A DNA stretch of 64,000 bases from Planctomycetota bacterium (GTDB lineage: Bacteria; Planctomycetota; PLA2; JAEUHO01). The position numbers and the translations under genes were made by a program. This document shows, in pieces, positions 18,389 through 30,169 of the stretch; position 1 is the stretch's first letter, and every line of letters begins with the position of its first letter. The notes beneath the pieces are model-generated. The model did not search any database and was not told where the DNA came from. It worked only from the letters and a program-made list of their open reading frames with translations. The DNA lies in the NCBI GenBank assembly GCA_050248855.1, contig JBFWRP010000009.1:32001-96000 (forward strand), written 5' to 3'.

Positions 18389-18605
18389 CCTACCCTCCGT
18401 CCGACCGCGAGAGGTAGAGCGCGTCCTCCTGGCCCGAGGCTGGGTCCAAGTCAGGTCGTGCGGGTCGCACCGCATCTACAAGCACCCCGAGCATCGGCAG
18501 TTGGTAACGGTCGCATGGCACCCAGGCGACGTGCCAGGGGGCACACTGCGGAAGATCTTGAAGGACGCCGGCATCGCGCCGACGGACTTCGCTGCCGAGG
18601 TGTAG
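18381..18605 (+). CDS. hicA: HicA-family mRNA interferase toxin
   Basis: REVERVLLARGW..VRSCGSHRIYKHP....VTVAWHPGDVPGGTLRKILKDAGI. Confidence 0.92.
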   Translation: MSDLPSVRPREVERVLLARGWVQVRSCGSHRIYKHPEHRQLVTVAWHPGDVPGGTLRKILKDAGIAPTDFAAEV

Positions 18606-18824
18606 AGCCACCAGGTGTCGCCGTCGGCGGCGAGTTTGCGTGGCCAGTTCGATTCACGTCAGCAGATCCGTCAGCATGGCTCTCCAGAGCGTCCGGAAGT
18701 GCATCGACAGGGGACGCGGCATACATCGCCCGTCAGCAGCGCACGACGAGCCCCGCCCTGATGCGCGTGGTGTCAGCCCGGATCTATGGGCCGGTGCACT
18801 CCTACTCCCACCTGTATCCGAGCC

Positions 18825-18866
18825 GATTATGAGTCCCCTGCTCTGACCGATTGAGCTACGGGCCCG
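18825..18866. repeat. att direct repeat copy 2: displaced 5' half of tRNA(CAU)
   Basis: Identical to 13492-13533. Covers the tRNA 5' end through the anticodon loop only. Confidence 0.95.
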
Positions 18867-19070
18867 CGCCGCGTGACAGAGGCGGACTCTACGGGCGTGG
18901 GCCCCCTCGGGTGAATCCGGGCCGCCCGTGACGGAATCCAGCGGACACGGGAATCGGCGGTTCGGTACGCTGGCGGGGTCCCCAGACGAGAGGGGCAGCG
19001 CGTCGTCAACCGCGATGTCCGCGGAGCGTCGCCGCCAGCCGCCCTCGAGGAGTCGAGAAGAGAGCCCCGC

Positions 19071-19631
19071 ATGGAATCGAACACCCTGTACGTAGGGAAC
19101 TTGCCGTACCAAGCCCAGGAAGAGGAGATCGAGCGCGTCTTCTCCGTTGCCGGCACCGTGACGCGCGTGAAGATCGTGATGGACCGAGACACCGGTCGCC
19201 CGCGCGGCTTCGCCTTCGTCGAGATGGCGACGCCCGAAGAAGCCAAGGCTGCCCAGGAGCAGCTGGACGGCCACGAGATCGGTGGTCGACGCATCCGCGT
19301 CGACATCGCCCGCCCGCGTGAGCCGCGTGGCGGTGGTGGCGGTGGCTACGGCGGTGGTGGCGGTGGCTACGGTGGTGGCGGCGGCGGAGGTCGCGGCGGC
19401 GGTGGCGGCTACGGCGGTGGCGGCGGCGGTGGTCGCGGCGGCCGCGGCGGCGGTGGCGGCGGTGGCGGCCACGGCAGCAGCGGTGGTGGCGGCGGCAGCA
19501 GTGGCGGCTTCGGTGGCGGCGGCGGTGGCTTCGGCGGTCCGCCCCCCAGCGACGGCGGCTTCGGAGGTCGGGATGACCGCCGTCGTCGTCCGCGTCGCCA
19601 CGACGACGAGCGCGAAGAGCGCTGGTCCTGA
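19071..19631 (+). CDS. RRM RNA-binding protein with glycine-rich tail
   Basis: RNP2 LYVGNL, RNP1 RGFAFVEM, GGGGY/RGG tail. Confidence 0.95.
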   Translation: MESNTLYVGNLPYQAQEEEIERVFSVAGTVTRVKIVMDRDTGRPRGFAFVEMATPEEAKAAQEQLDGHEIGGRRIRVDIARPREPRGGGGGGYGGGGGGYGGGGGGGRGGGGGYGGGGGGGRGGRGGGGGGGGHGSSGGGGGSSGGFGGGGGGFGGPPPSDGGFGGRDDRRRRPRRHDDEREERWS

Positions 19632-19722
19632 GAGCCGACGACGGAAGCGGAACGCACGTCGCGCTCCGATCCTGCGGCCCGGTGCGCTGTCGGCGCGCCG
19701 GGCCGCGTCGTTTCGAGGCGAG

Positions 19723-20430
19723 CTACCCGGCGCCGAACAGGCCCGGCGTGATGCGCTCCAGGTAGTTCCCCCCCACCGTGAGCCGTTCGAGCCACGTCTC
19801 CGGCCACGCGTAGCGCACCACGACGGCCGAGAGCCCCAACAGCCAGCCGACGGCGAGCACGTTGGGGACACGCGCGAAGATCCAGCAGGAGACCACGCCC
19901 ACGACCGTCGTCATGCCCATCAGCGGCAGGTTGGGTGCATGGGCGGCGCCGAAGAAGAGGCCCGCCACGAGAGCCGCGGGCAGCGCACCTCCGAGGGCTT
20001 GGTGCAGGCGACGGAAGAGGAAGCCGCAGAGCAGCAGCTGCTGTACGGGTCCGTACAGCAGGTAGCGCGCCACGCGCTTCATCACCCGGTCGGGCGCGTC
20101 CAGGTGCCACGTCCCCATCGCAAGCCCGACGGCGGCCACGATCCCCAGGAGGAGCAGCGCGACGGGCGCCACCGCGCGTAGCGACGCCCCCAGGTTGTCC
20201 ACGCGCACGCCCATCGCCCGGGTCCCATCGCCGTGCCAACGCGCGAGCGCGATGGGCACGACGAAAATGCCCACGAAGAAGACCGGACCGACCCAGCCCG
20301 GCACGCGATGGCTGGGTAGGGCAAGGTGCGTGTACGCGAGGATCGCCGCCGTCACGAGGGCTGCCTCTGCCACGAGCACCGCGCCCCACGCGGGCGGCGC
20401 AGGCCACGCCGTCCGTCCGGCCCCGCTCAC
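19723..20430 (-). CDS. CPBP (CAAX protease/Abi-family) intramembrane metalloprotease
   Basis: QQLLLCGFLFRR and FFGAAH.PN motifs, multiple TM helices. Confidence 0.75.
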   Translation of the reverse strand: MSGAGRTAWPAPPAWGAVLVAEAALVTAAILAYTHLALPSHRVPGWVGPVFFVGIFVVPIALARWHGDGTRAMGVRVDNLGASLRAVAPVALLLLGIVAAVGLAMGTWHLDAPDRVMKRVARYLLYGPVQQLLLCGFLFRRLHQALGGALPAALVAGLFFGAAHAPNLPLMGMTTVVGVVSCWIFARVPNVLAVGWLLGLSAVVVRYAWPETWLERLTVGGNYLERITPGLFGAG

Positions 20431-23400
20431 GAGCGCGTGCCCCGACCGTCGCCCGGACGCACGGCTTCGTGCACGGCCTTCACCAACGGGACCTTGGCGC
20501 GCATGCGGCGTCGGTCGTCCGGATCGACGCCGGCCTCGATGCGCGCCAGGGCCTCGCGGGCCGCGCGCGCGTGACGCGCATCCCCCGTGCTCGTGGCGAG
20601 GTCATGGCGGAGCATCATGCGCGCCCATACGCTCAAGCGCTCGCCATGCTCGTCGAGCCGCGCGGCCAGCTCGTCCACGCCTTCCGTGACCAGCGGCACG
20701 CGGAACACGCGGCCCATGAGCTCGGCGTTCTCGCGACGGCTGGCCGCCGCGGCTTCCACGACATGGTCCAGCAGCGCGCGCGCCTCGTCGGACGCGCCGC
20801 GCTCGCGGAGGCACCGTCCGAGGTAGCTGGCGTAGTCCAGCCCCTCCGGCTCCGCGCCGAGCGCGCGAAGCCCGTCCAGCGCCTCGCGAAAGCCGCTCTC
20901 GGCACCCTCCGCATCGCCCATCGCCTCGGACCACTGCGCGTGGAACCCGCGCGCGTGCGCCAGGAAGCGCTCTTCGTGCAGCAGCTCGAACAGCATCATG
21001 GCCTTGAGCAGCCGCGCCTCGGCCTCGTCGAACAAGCCGAGGTGCAGGCACGTGAGCCCCGTATTGAGTGTCGCGATGCCCTCGCTGCGTCGGTCCTGCA
21101 CCTCGCGGGCGATGTGACGCTGCCGCTCGGTGGCATCGAGCGCGCGACGCAGCGCGCCCTCGTCCTTGTGCAGGTTGCCGAGGTTGCCGACGATGCTGCC
21201 TTCGCTACGACGGTCGCCGCTGGCGCGTGCCAGGCGCAGGGCCTGCTCGAGGTGGCCGATCGCCCGGTCGCGTCGGCCCACGCTACGCCACGACACGGCC
21301 AGGCTGTTGTGGGCCGATGCCGCCAGCGTCGCAAGGCCGTGGTCGGTGGCCAGGGCCAGCGCGCGCTCGTACGTTTCACGCGCCTCGGCCGCACGGCCCG
21401 CCAAGTGCTCCAGGAGGCCGAGGTTGGTGAGCGCGCGGGCTTCACCGGCCACGTCGCTGGCGGACGCCGCCAAGCGGCGATGCGCCTCGTGCTGCTCACG
21501 CGCGCGCGCGAAGTCGCCCTTGCGCCAGGCGATGGTGCCGAGCGCACCATGCGCCAGGCCTTCCTCGCGGGCGTCGCCGGCCGCAGCGAGGTACCGCACG
21601 GCCTCCGCGAGCCTGGCCTCGGCCTCTTCGTAGAGCCCCGGCCCGATCAGGGCCTCCCCCATGAGGCGAAGCACCCTCCCGCGCGCGACCGCGCCCGCGT
21701 CGCCGTCCTCGACGTCGTCGCTCGTCAGCAGGAGCGCCTCGTCGAGCAGACGTCCCAAGTCTTCGCGGCGTCCCAGCAACGCCAGCAGGCGCGCGGCCTC
21801 GACGAGCACCTGCAGACGCGGCAGCCCGCGCAGCACACCGGGCGCCTCCAACGCGCGACGCGCCAGCTGCACGGCGGCATCCGGACGCTGCTCCGCCACG
21901 TGGTGGGCGAGGGCGGGGCTGACCAAGTCGGCCGCCTCGCGTCCGCGCCCGGCTTCGAAGGCGTGATGGCAGAGCGCAGCGCGAACCGGCCCGGGCAGGC
22001 CCTCGGCGCCGCGGTTGTCGAGGTCGTGCTCGGCGGCGAGCGCGTCGAACAAGACCGCGTGGTACTCGGCACGCAGCGCTTCGGGCAGGGCTTCGTACAC
22101 GACGTCGCGCAGCGTGGGGTGGTCGAACGCGAAGCGCTTGCCGACGCTGCGGACCAGGCGACGGTCGCTCTCCAGACGTGCCAGCCGGCGCAGGACGGGC
22201 AAGCGCCCCAGGCCCAGCGCTGCACCGACCAAGGTGGCGTCGAACTCGAGCCCGCAGCACGCGGCCACGTCGAGCAGATCGCGATCCTCGCTCTCGAGAC
22301 CGTGCAGGTGGGCCCGCACCAAGTCGCTGATGCCGCTGGGCAGCGGCACGTCGTGGAGCGGCCGCGTGGCGCGCCAGGTTCCGTCCGTGCGCCGCTCGAG
22401 CACGCGCGTCTCGCGCAGCGCCCGCACGACCTCGAGCACGAACAGCGGGTTGCCCTCGCTGCGGCGCGTCACCGGTCGTGCGAGATCGTGGGCCAGCGCT
22501 TCGCTGCCGAGGGCGGCCTGCAGGAGGGCCTCGACGCCGGCGCGGTCCAGGCGCGGCAGGTCGAGCGTCGTCACGTGGCCCAGGCGCTTGAGATCGGCCA
22601 CCCACGCCGGAGCCAGATGACCACGATGCGTCCCGACCAGCAGCAGGGGCAGGTCCGCAGCCACCGCAGCGAGCGCGGCGAACAACGCGCGTCCCTCGGA
22701 CGGGGCGTCCTCCAAGCCGTCGACCGCGAGCACCGCGGGGCCTTCCGCCGCGAGCGAACGCACGACCTCCAGCAGCGCCGCCCGCAGCACGTCGGGCGCG
22801 AGGAGCTCCGGACGGGCACCCGCGACCGCGTCCTCCCCGCGCCCGAGGCTCGCCGCGAGCTCGGCGGCCAGGCCCTGCATGGCGCCCAGGCGGGCGGCGA
22901 CGTCGCGCTCGAGCCCGGGGCCCGAGAGGTGCTGGCGTAGCGCATCGAGGAACGCGTCGTACGCGGTGGCGGCCTCACCGGGCGGCCAGGCGCCGGCGAG
23001 CAGGCGAACGCTCGGGTCCGCCGCGTGCACCGAGCGGAGGAAGGCGTCGAGCAGCCGGGTCTTGCCGATACCGGCTTCGCCCCCGACCAGCACGACGCGC
23101 CCGTGGCCGCCATGCGTTGCCAACAGGGCCCTGCCCAGCTCGACCAACGCCTCGTCGCGGCCGACCAACGCCGTCTCGCGCGCCACGCGCAGACGCGGCA
23201 GGCGCACGGCGCTGCGCGCGCGCATCGCCTCCTCGCGGGCCTGCCACCACGGGTCGTCCTCGCCCGCCTCGAGGACGCGGGCGAGCACGCCGGCATCGTC
23301 GAAGCGTCCGTCCGGGTCCTTCGCCAGCAGCGTGGCCACGACCTCGTCGAACCACGGCGAGACGTCGGGCACGCTGGCGCTGGGCGGCGCCGCCGTCTCG

Positions 23401-24128
23401 TCCAGCTGGCGACGGATGACGGCCGCGAGGCTCGGTGCCTCGAAGGGGTGGTGGCCCACCACGAGCTCGTGCAGCAGGAGGCCCAGGGCGTACAGGTCGG
23501 CGCGCCCGTCCAGGCGCTCTTCCCCCGCCAGCTGCTCGGGCGCCGCGTAGAGGATCGAGCCCACGAACTGCCCCGTCTCGCTGAGGCGCGTGCTGCCCGC
23601 GCCGTGCCAGCGGGCCACGCCGAGATCGAGCAGGCGCACGCGCTCGTCGGGCGTCAACAGGACGTTGCCGGGCTTCACGTCGCGGTGCACGAGGCCGGCC
23701 TCGTGGATGGCGGCAAGCGCGCGGGCCACCTCGCGGCCCACGTGCCGCGCCAACCCCTCGGGCACCCGCCCCAGGTCCCCCACGAGGTCGGAGAGCGGCG
23801 TCCCCTCGACGAGCTCCATCACGAGGTACGGCCGCAAGGCGCCGCCGTCGTCGGCGTGGCCGACGTCGAGCACGCGGACCACGTTCGGGTGGTGCACCGC
23901 CAGGCCCGCCCGGGCCTCGCGCTCGAAGCGCTCGACGAACGAGGCCTCCTCGGCGAGGTGCGGGTGCAGGACCTTCACGGCGACGCGCGAGCCCACCGGC
24001 GGGGCCGTCGGTGCGCCCTCGACCACGGTGGCCGCGTGCACGGTGCCCATCCCGCCGCGGCCGAGCACGGCGTCGAGGCGGTAGGGCCCGATCTTCCGGC
24101 CTCCGCTGCCCGCCTCCGTGCCCGCCAT
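20427..24128 (-). CDS. Ser/Thr protein kinase + AAA/STAND ATPase + TPR protein
   Basis: Kinase motifs GRGGMG, VAVK, HRDVKPGN, DLG, APE. Walker A GEAGIGKT, SEGNPLFV, C-terminal TPRs. Confidence 0.92.
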   Translation of the reverse strand: MAGTEAGSGGRKIGPYRLDAVLGRGGMGTVHAATVVEGAPTAPPVGSRVAVKVLHPHLAEEASFVERFEREARAGLAVHHPNVVRVLDVGHADDGGALRPYLVMELVEGTPLSDLVGDLGRVPEGLARHVGREVARALAAIHEAGLVHRDVKPGNVLLTPDERVRLLDLGVARWHGAGSTRLSETGQFVGSILYAAPEQLAGEERLDGRADLYALGLLLHELVVGHHPFEAPSLAAVIRRQLDETAAPPSASVPDVSPWFDEVVATLLAKDPDGRFDDAGVLARVLEAGEDDPWWQAREEAMRARSAVRLPRLRVARETALVGRDEALVELGRALLATHGGHGRVVLVGGEAGIGKTRLLDAFLRSVHAADPSVRLLAGAWPPGEAATAYDAFLDALRQHLSGPGLERDVAARLGAMQGLAAELAASLGRGEDAVAGARPELLAPDVLRAALLEVVRSLAAEGPAVLAVDGLEDAPSEGRALFAALAAVAADLPLLLVGTHRGHLAPAWVADLKRLGHVTTLDLPRLDRAGVEALLQAALGSEALAHDLARPVTRRSEGNPLFVLEVVRALRETRVLERRTDGTWRATRPLHDVPLPSGISDLVRAHLHGLESEDRDLLDVAACCGLEFDATLVGAALGLGRLPVLRRLARLESDRRLVRSVGKRFAFDHPTLRDVVYEALPEALRAEYHAVLFDALAAEHDLDNRGAEGLPGPVRAALCHHAFEAGRGREAADLVSPALAHHVAEQRPDAAVQLARRALEAPGVLRGLPRLQVLVEAARLLALLGRREDLGRLLDEALLLTSDDVEDGDAGAVARGRVLRLMGEALIGPGLYEEAEARLAEAVRYLAAAGDAREEGLAHGALGTIAWRKGDFARAREQHEAHRRLAASASDVAGEARALTNLGLLEHLAGRAAEARETYERALALATDHGLATLAASAHNSLAVSWRSVGRRDRAIGHLEQALRLARASGDRRSEGSIVGNLGNLHKDEGALRRALDATERQRHIAREVQDRRSEGIATLNTGLTCLHLGLFDEAEARLLKAMMLFELLHEERFLAHARGFHAQWSEAMGDAEGAESGFREALDGLRALGAEPEGLDYASYLGRCLRERGASDEARALLDHVVEAAAASRRENAELMGRVFRVPLVTEGVDELAARLDEHGERLSVWARMMLRHDLATSTGDARHARAAREALARIEAGVDPDDRRRMRAKVPLVKAVHEAVRPGDGRGTRS

Positions 24129-24271
24129 GGCGTCCTCCGCGATCCGCAGAGGGTAGCGCTGCCGCGCAGGGATCCACATCGGGACCGATGCCTCACGCGC
24201 CAGGACCGGACGGGGACTGCCTTGCCGTCGCCTGCGCTACCCTGAGCGGCCCGCGGAGGACGATTGAGCCC

Positions 24272-27043
24272 ATGTCTTGGCGCCGCTCCTGGCTTCTGGC
24301 CCCCCTGTTCGCCGTCGCCCTCGCCGCCCCGTGGTGGGCGTTGCCCCAGCTCGCGCGCGGGGGTCATGGCGACGAGGACTCGCACTACGTCCAGCGGCTG
24401 CGCCCCGGACGCTGCCTCTGCGACGAGGGCCAGGGCACGTGGGAGTACCTGCGGAGCCCCTTGCGTCCCCCGGCGGACCCGCCCTGGTGCGGCCTGCTGC
24501 TGGCCAAGGGCGACTGCGGCAGCAAGGACCGCCCCAAGAACACGCCTGGCCCGTGCTGGCAGAGCCAGAAGGAAGAGTGCTTCTGGAAGCGCCACGCCTA
24601 CAGCTGGAAGATCCACTGCAGCCAGTGCTTCGAGGAATCGGAGTGCGACTCGTGCGACGGGCTCATCGGCAAGCCCGACCCCAAGATCAGCGAGATGCTG
24701 AAGCGGCAGCTCGGGATCGAGGGCCACGACGAGCGCAAGAACAAGCTGTGGATCGCCGTCTCCCCGCACTTCTACGTGGTCACCGACATCGACCGCAAGA
24801 TGAAGGTCGGCACGAAGGGCGGCGCGCCCCGCCTGGCCACCGGGCACGAGGTGGCGCACCTCTTCGCCGAGCGCTGCGAGCGCGCCTACAACGACTTCCA
24901 GCACTGGTTCAAGGGCGGTCTGCAGGCGCCCAAGGTGATGGGCGTCTACCTCATGACGAAGCAGCGCGCGGCGGAGACGTACGCCGAACGGTACCTGGGC
25001 AGCGCGCGCACCGACATGCTGTACGGCGGGGGTGACACCAAGATCGGCGGCGGCTTCTGCGGCAACGGCTTCGTGGGCTCCTTGCAGGAGAACCGCGACG
25101 ACCAGGACCTGCACGCCTACTGCCGCCACATGATCGGCCACATCCTCTTCTCCTGCTGGCGCAAGGTCACCGGTGAGGAGAAGTACTGTCCGAAGTGGGC
25201 GTTCATCGGCGCGGCCCACTTCCTCGAGAAGATGCTCGAGCCCCACGAGGACTACGCGACCTTCTGCAGCGACGAGGCCACGGCGCCAGGGGGCTCGGGC
25301 AAGGACTGGATGAAGAAGGCCCGCGGGCTGGCGAGCAAGCGCATCGACCCGATCCAGACCTTCTTCGGTCGCAACTCGCTGGCGGACTTCGGCTACGAAG
25401 ACCACATCCGCGCGTGGTCCTTGATGAAGCTGGGCCTGGAAGAAGACCAGGACCGGTTCCTGCAGATGTTGGCCCTGCTGCGCTACGGCAACGAAGAGGG
25501 ATACGCGATCCAGGAGTCCATGGGCATCACGCCCGATACCTTCCAGGAGCGGTGGGCGGACCGGTTGACCGGCAAGCGGCCGACGCTTGGCGAGATCAAG
25601 AAGGACGCCAAGGACGACGAGGACGTCGGCCGACGCGAACGCGAACGCATCCAGACCACCGAAGAGGCGGACGTGCTGGCGGGGCTCGTGCGCGGCCTCC
25701 ACGAGATCAAGGACGTCAAGACCCTCGCCGTGGTGGTGGACCGCCTGGACCACCCGTCGGACCTGGTGCGCGAGGCCATCCATCTCGTGCTCGCGCGCAG
25801 CACCGATCACGCCGTCCTGGAATGGCTGCGCACGGAGGGCCTCCAGCACAAGGGCAAGATGGCGCGGGCCATCGTGGCCCGGGCCTTGGGCTCCATGCGC
25901 GACGAGCTGGCCCGCGTGCCCTTGGAGGAGCTGCTGAAGGACGACTTCTGGCTGGCGCGCGCCAACGCGGCGACGGCCCTCCAGCGCATCGCCAAGCCGG
26001 AGAGCTTGCCGGCCCTTGTCGCGGCCATGGACGACGGCCAGCCGAAGGCGTGGATGGCCATCACGGATGCCGTGGCCTCGTTCAAACAGCGCTCCGTCGA
26101 GGCGACGCTCAAGGCGATGAACGGCTTGGACGACAACGCCTGGCAGGTTCGCGTCACGGCCTGCCAGGCACTCGCCGAAGTCGGCACCCAGGAGTGCATG
26201 GACAAGCTCATCGAGCGCTTCGAGCTGGAGAAGGGGCGGCTCGAGCGGGAGATGCGGCGCGCCCTCAAGAGCGTGGCCAACGACGACCTGGGCGCGGACC
26301 CCGACACGTGGAAGAAGTGGTGGGAGCAGCAGAAGGCGCGCTTCGGCGGCTTCAACCCCAACGAGCCGCCCAAGGTGACCAACCCGGACGACGACCGCTA
26401 CGGCAAGCAAGAGCCCCCGAAGGAGGACGAGCCGCACTACTACGGGCGGCAGATCTACTCGCGCGGCGTCGGCTTCGTGTTCGACACGAGTGGGTCGATG
26501 GACAAGAACATCGTGATCGCCGCCGGGTCGCGGACGGGCCTCGGCGACATCCCGGCTACCGGCACGCGCATGGAGATCGCCCGCGAGGTCCTGGCCACGG
26601 CGCTCAAGAAGCTGAACCCCCAGACCCGGTTCAACCTCGTCCTCTTCAGCAGCACGGTGCGGCCCTGGAAGAAGCAGATGGTGCCGGCCTCGCCGTCCAA
26701 CACGTCGTCGGCGGCCAACGCCGTGCTCAATGCACCGGCCGAGGGCGAGACCAACATCCACGGGGCACTCAAGGCCGCACTCGGCCTGCACGAGAAGCCC
26801 AGCCTCGAGGCGACGCTCGAGGACATCCCGGACACGGTCTACTTCCTGACCGACGGCTCCCCGACCGAGGGCGAGATCACGTCCACGCCCGAGCTCCTTG
26901 CCTGGTTCGAGGACATCAACCGCTTCGGCAAGGTCCAGCTGAACGTCATCGCCTTCGGCAACCTGGGGGTGGACCTCACGTTCCTGCAGGCCCTGGCCCG
27001 CGTGGGCAGCGGCGACTTCATCCACGTGCCCGAAGAACGCTGA
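24272..27043 (+). CDS. Secreted Cys-rich / zincin-like / HEAT-repeat / vWA multidomain protein
   Basis: Signal peptide, 10-Cys N-terminal domain, HEAT repeats (WLARANAATAL, WQVRVTACQAL), MIDAS DTSGS...T...TDG. Confidence 0.85.
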   Translation: MSWRRSWLLAPLFAVALAAPWWALPQLARGGHGDEDSHYVQRLRPGRCLCDEGQGTWEYLRSPLRPPADPPWCGLLLAKGDCGSKDRPKNTPGPCWQSQKEECFWKRHAYSWKIHCSQCFEESECDSCDGLIGKPDPKISEMLKRQLGIEGHDERKNKLWIAVSPHFYVVTDIDRKMKVGTKGGAPRLATGHEVAHLFAERCERAYNDFQHWFKGGLQAPKVMGVYLMTKQRAAETYAERYLGSARTDMLYGGGDTKIGGGFCGNGFVGSLQENRDDQDLHAYCRHMIGHILFSCWRKVTGEEKYCPKWAFIGAAHFLEKMLEPHEDYATFCSDEATAPGGSGKDWMKKARGLASKRIDPIQTFFGRNSLADFGYEDHIRAWSLMKLGLEEDQDRFLQMLALLRYGNEEGYAIQESMGITPDTFQERWADRLTGKRPTLGEIKKDAKDDEDVGRRERERIQTTEEADVLAGLVRGLHEIKDVKTLAVVVDRLDHPSDLVREAIHLVLARSTDHAVLEWLRTEGLQHKGKMARAIVARALGSMRDELARVPLEELLKDDFWLARANAATALQRIAKPESLPALVAAMDDGQPKAWMAITDAVASFKQRSVEATLKAMNGLDDNAWQVRVTACQALAEVGTQECMDKLIERFELEKGRLEREMRRALKSVANDDLGADPDTWKKWWEQQKARFGGFNPNEPPKVTNPDDDRYGKQEPPKEDEPHYYGRQIYSRGVGFVFDTSGSMDKNIVIAAGSRTGLGDIPATGTRMEIAREVLATALKKLNPQTRFNLVLFSSTVRPWKKQMVPASPSNTSSAANAVLNAPAEGETNIHGALKAALGLHEKPSLEATLEDIPDTVYFLTDGSPTEGEITSTPELLAWFEDINRFGKVQLNVIAFGNLGVDLTFLQALARVGSGDFIHVPEER

Positions 27044-27090
27044 ACCAACGCCCCTGCGGAGGGCCTCGGCGTCGGTAGACTCCCCCGACG

Positions 27091-29667
<2,577 letters not shown>

Positions 29668-29746
29668 GTGCCTGAAGCCCTGTTGTCAGGGCTCCGAGTA
29701 CCTCACCCCGGAATTCCGGGGTGGCACTTGACGCCCCCTGGCGGCA

Positions 29747-29778
29747 AGATCTACATATGTAGATCTACAGCCGTAGAT
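29747..29778. promoter_or_regulatory. Tandem BlaI/MecI/CopY-type operators
   Basis: Perfect palindrome AGATCTACATATGTAGATCT (29747-29766) containing TACA-NN-TGTA, plus ATCTACAGCCGTAGAT (29763-29778). TTGACG -35 at 29728. Confidence 0.85.
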
Positions 29779-29788
29779 GGGAGGCGCC

Positions 29789-30169
29789 ATGGCGGGCACG
29801 CTGAGCGACCTGCAGATCGAGGTGCTGAGGACGCTCTGGGAGCACGGCGAAGGGACGGTCGCCGACGTGCAGCAGCGCCTCAAGCCGCACCGCGACCTGG
29901 CCACCACGACCGTGGCCACGCTGCTGGCCCGCCTCGTCCGCCGCGGGGCCGTCGCACGCCGCCGGGGTGATGGGCGCACCTACCTGTATCGCGCCGCCGT
30001 CGAAGAGGACGAGGTGCGCCGCTCCATGGTTGGCGCCCTCATGGACCGCCTGTTCGCCGGCGACCCGGCCGCGCTCGTCCACCACCTGGTGGAAGACCAG
30101 GACCTCGACGAGGCCACGCGCAAACGACTCCTCGCGCGCCTGCGTCGCGAGAGCGAGGGGGGTGCCTGA
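29789..30169 (+). CDS. BlaI/MecI/CopY-family repressor
   Basis: LSDLQIEVLRTLW...TV.DV...LATTTVATLLARLV..G......RTYLY. Confidence 0.92.
   Translation: MAGTLSDLQIEVLRTLWEHGEGTVADVQQRLKPHRDLATTTVATLLARLVRRGAVARRRGDGRTYLYRAAVEEDEVRRSMVGALMDRLFAGDPAALVHHLVEDQDLDEATRKRLLARLRRESEGGA

Larger units (their letters stand above)
13492..18866. mobile_element. Decayed tyrosine-integrase genomic island in tRNA(CAU)
   Basis: 42-bp direct repeats at 13492-13533 and 18825-18866. Integrase adjacent to the tRNA. Visibly lower GC. Toxin-antitoxin and defence-type cargo. Confidence 0.9.

Noticed and set aside
18825..18866. Second complete tRNA gene
   Set aside because: Only the 5' half is present. There is no T-arm or 3' acceptor strand.
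18900..19070. Possible riboswitch or ncRNA upstream of the RRM gene
   Set aside because: GC-rich hairpins are present but I recognise no conserved motif, and they are expected by chance at this GC content.
19325..19560. GGC/GGT tandem repeats as a repeat array
   Set aside because: They encode the Gly-rich tail of the RRM protein.
24610..24660. CxxC motifs as heme-binding sites
   Set aside because: CSQCF and CDSCD lack the His required for CxxCH.
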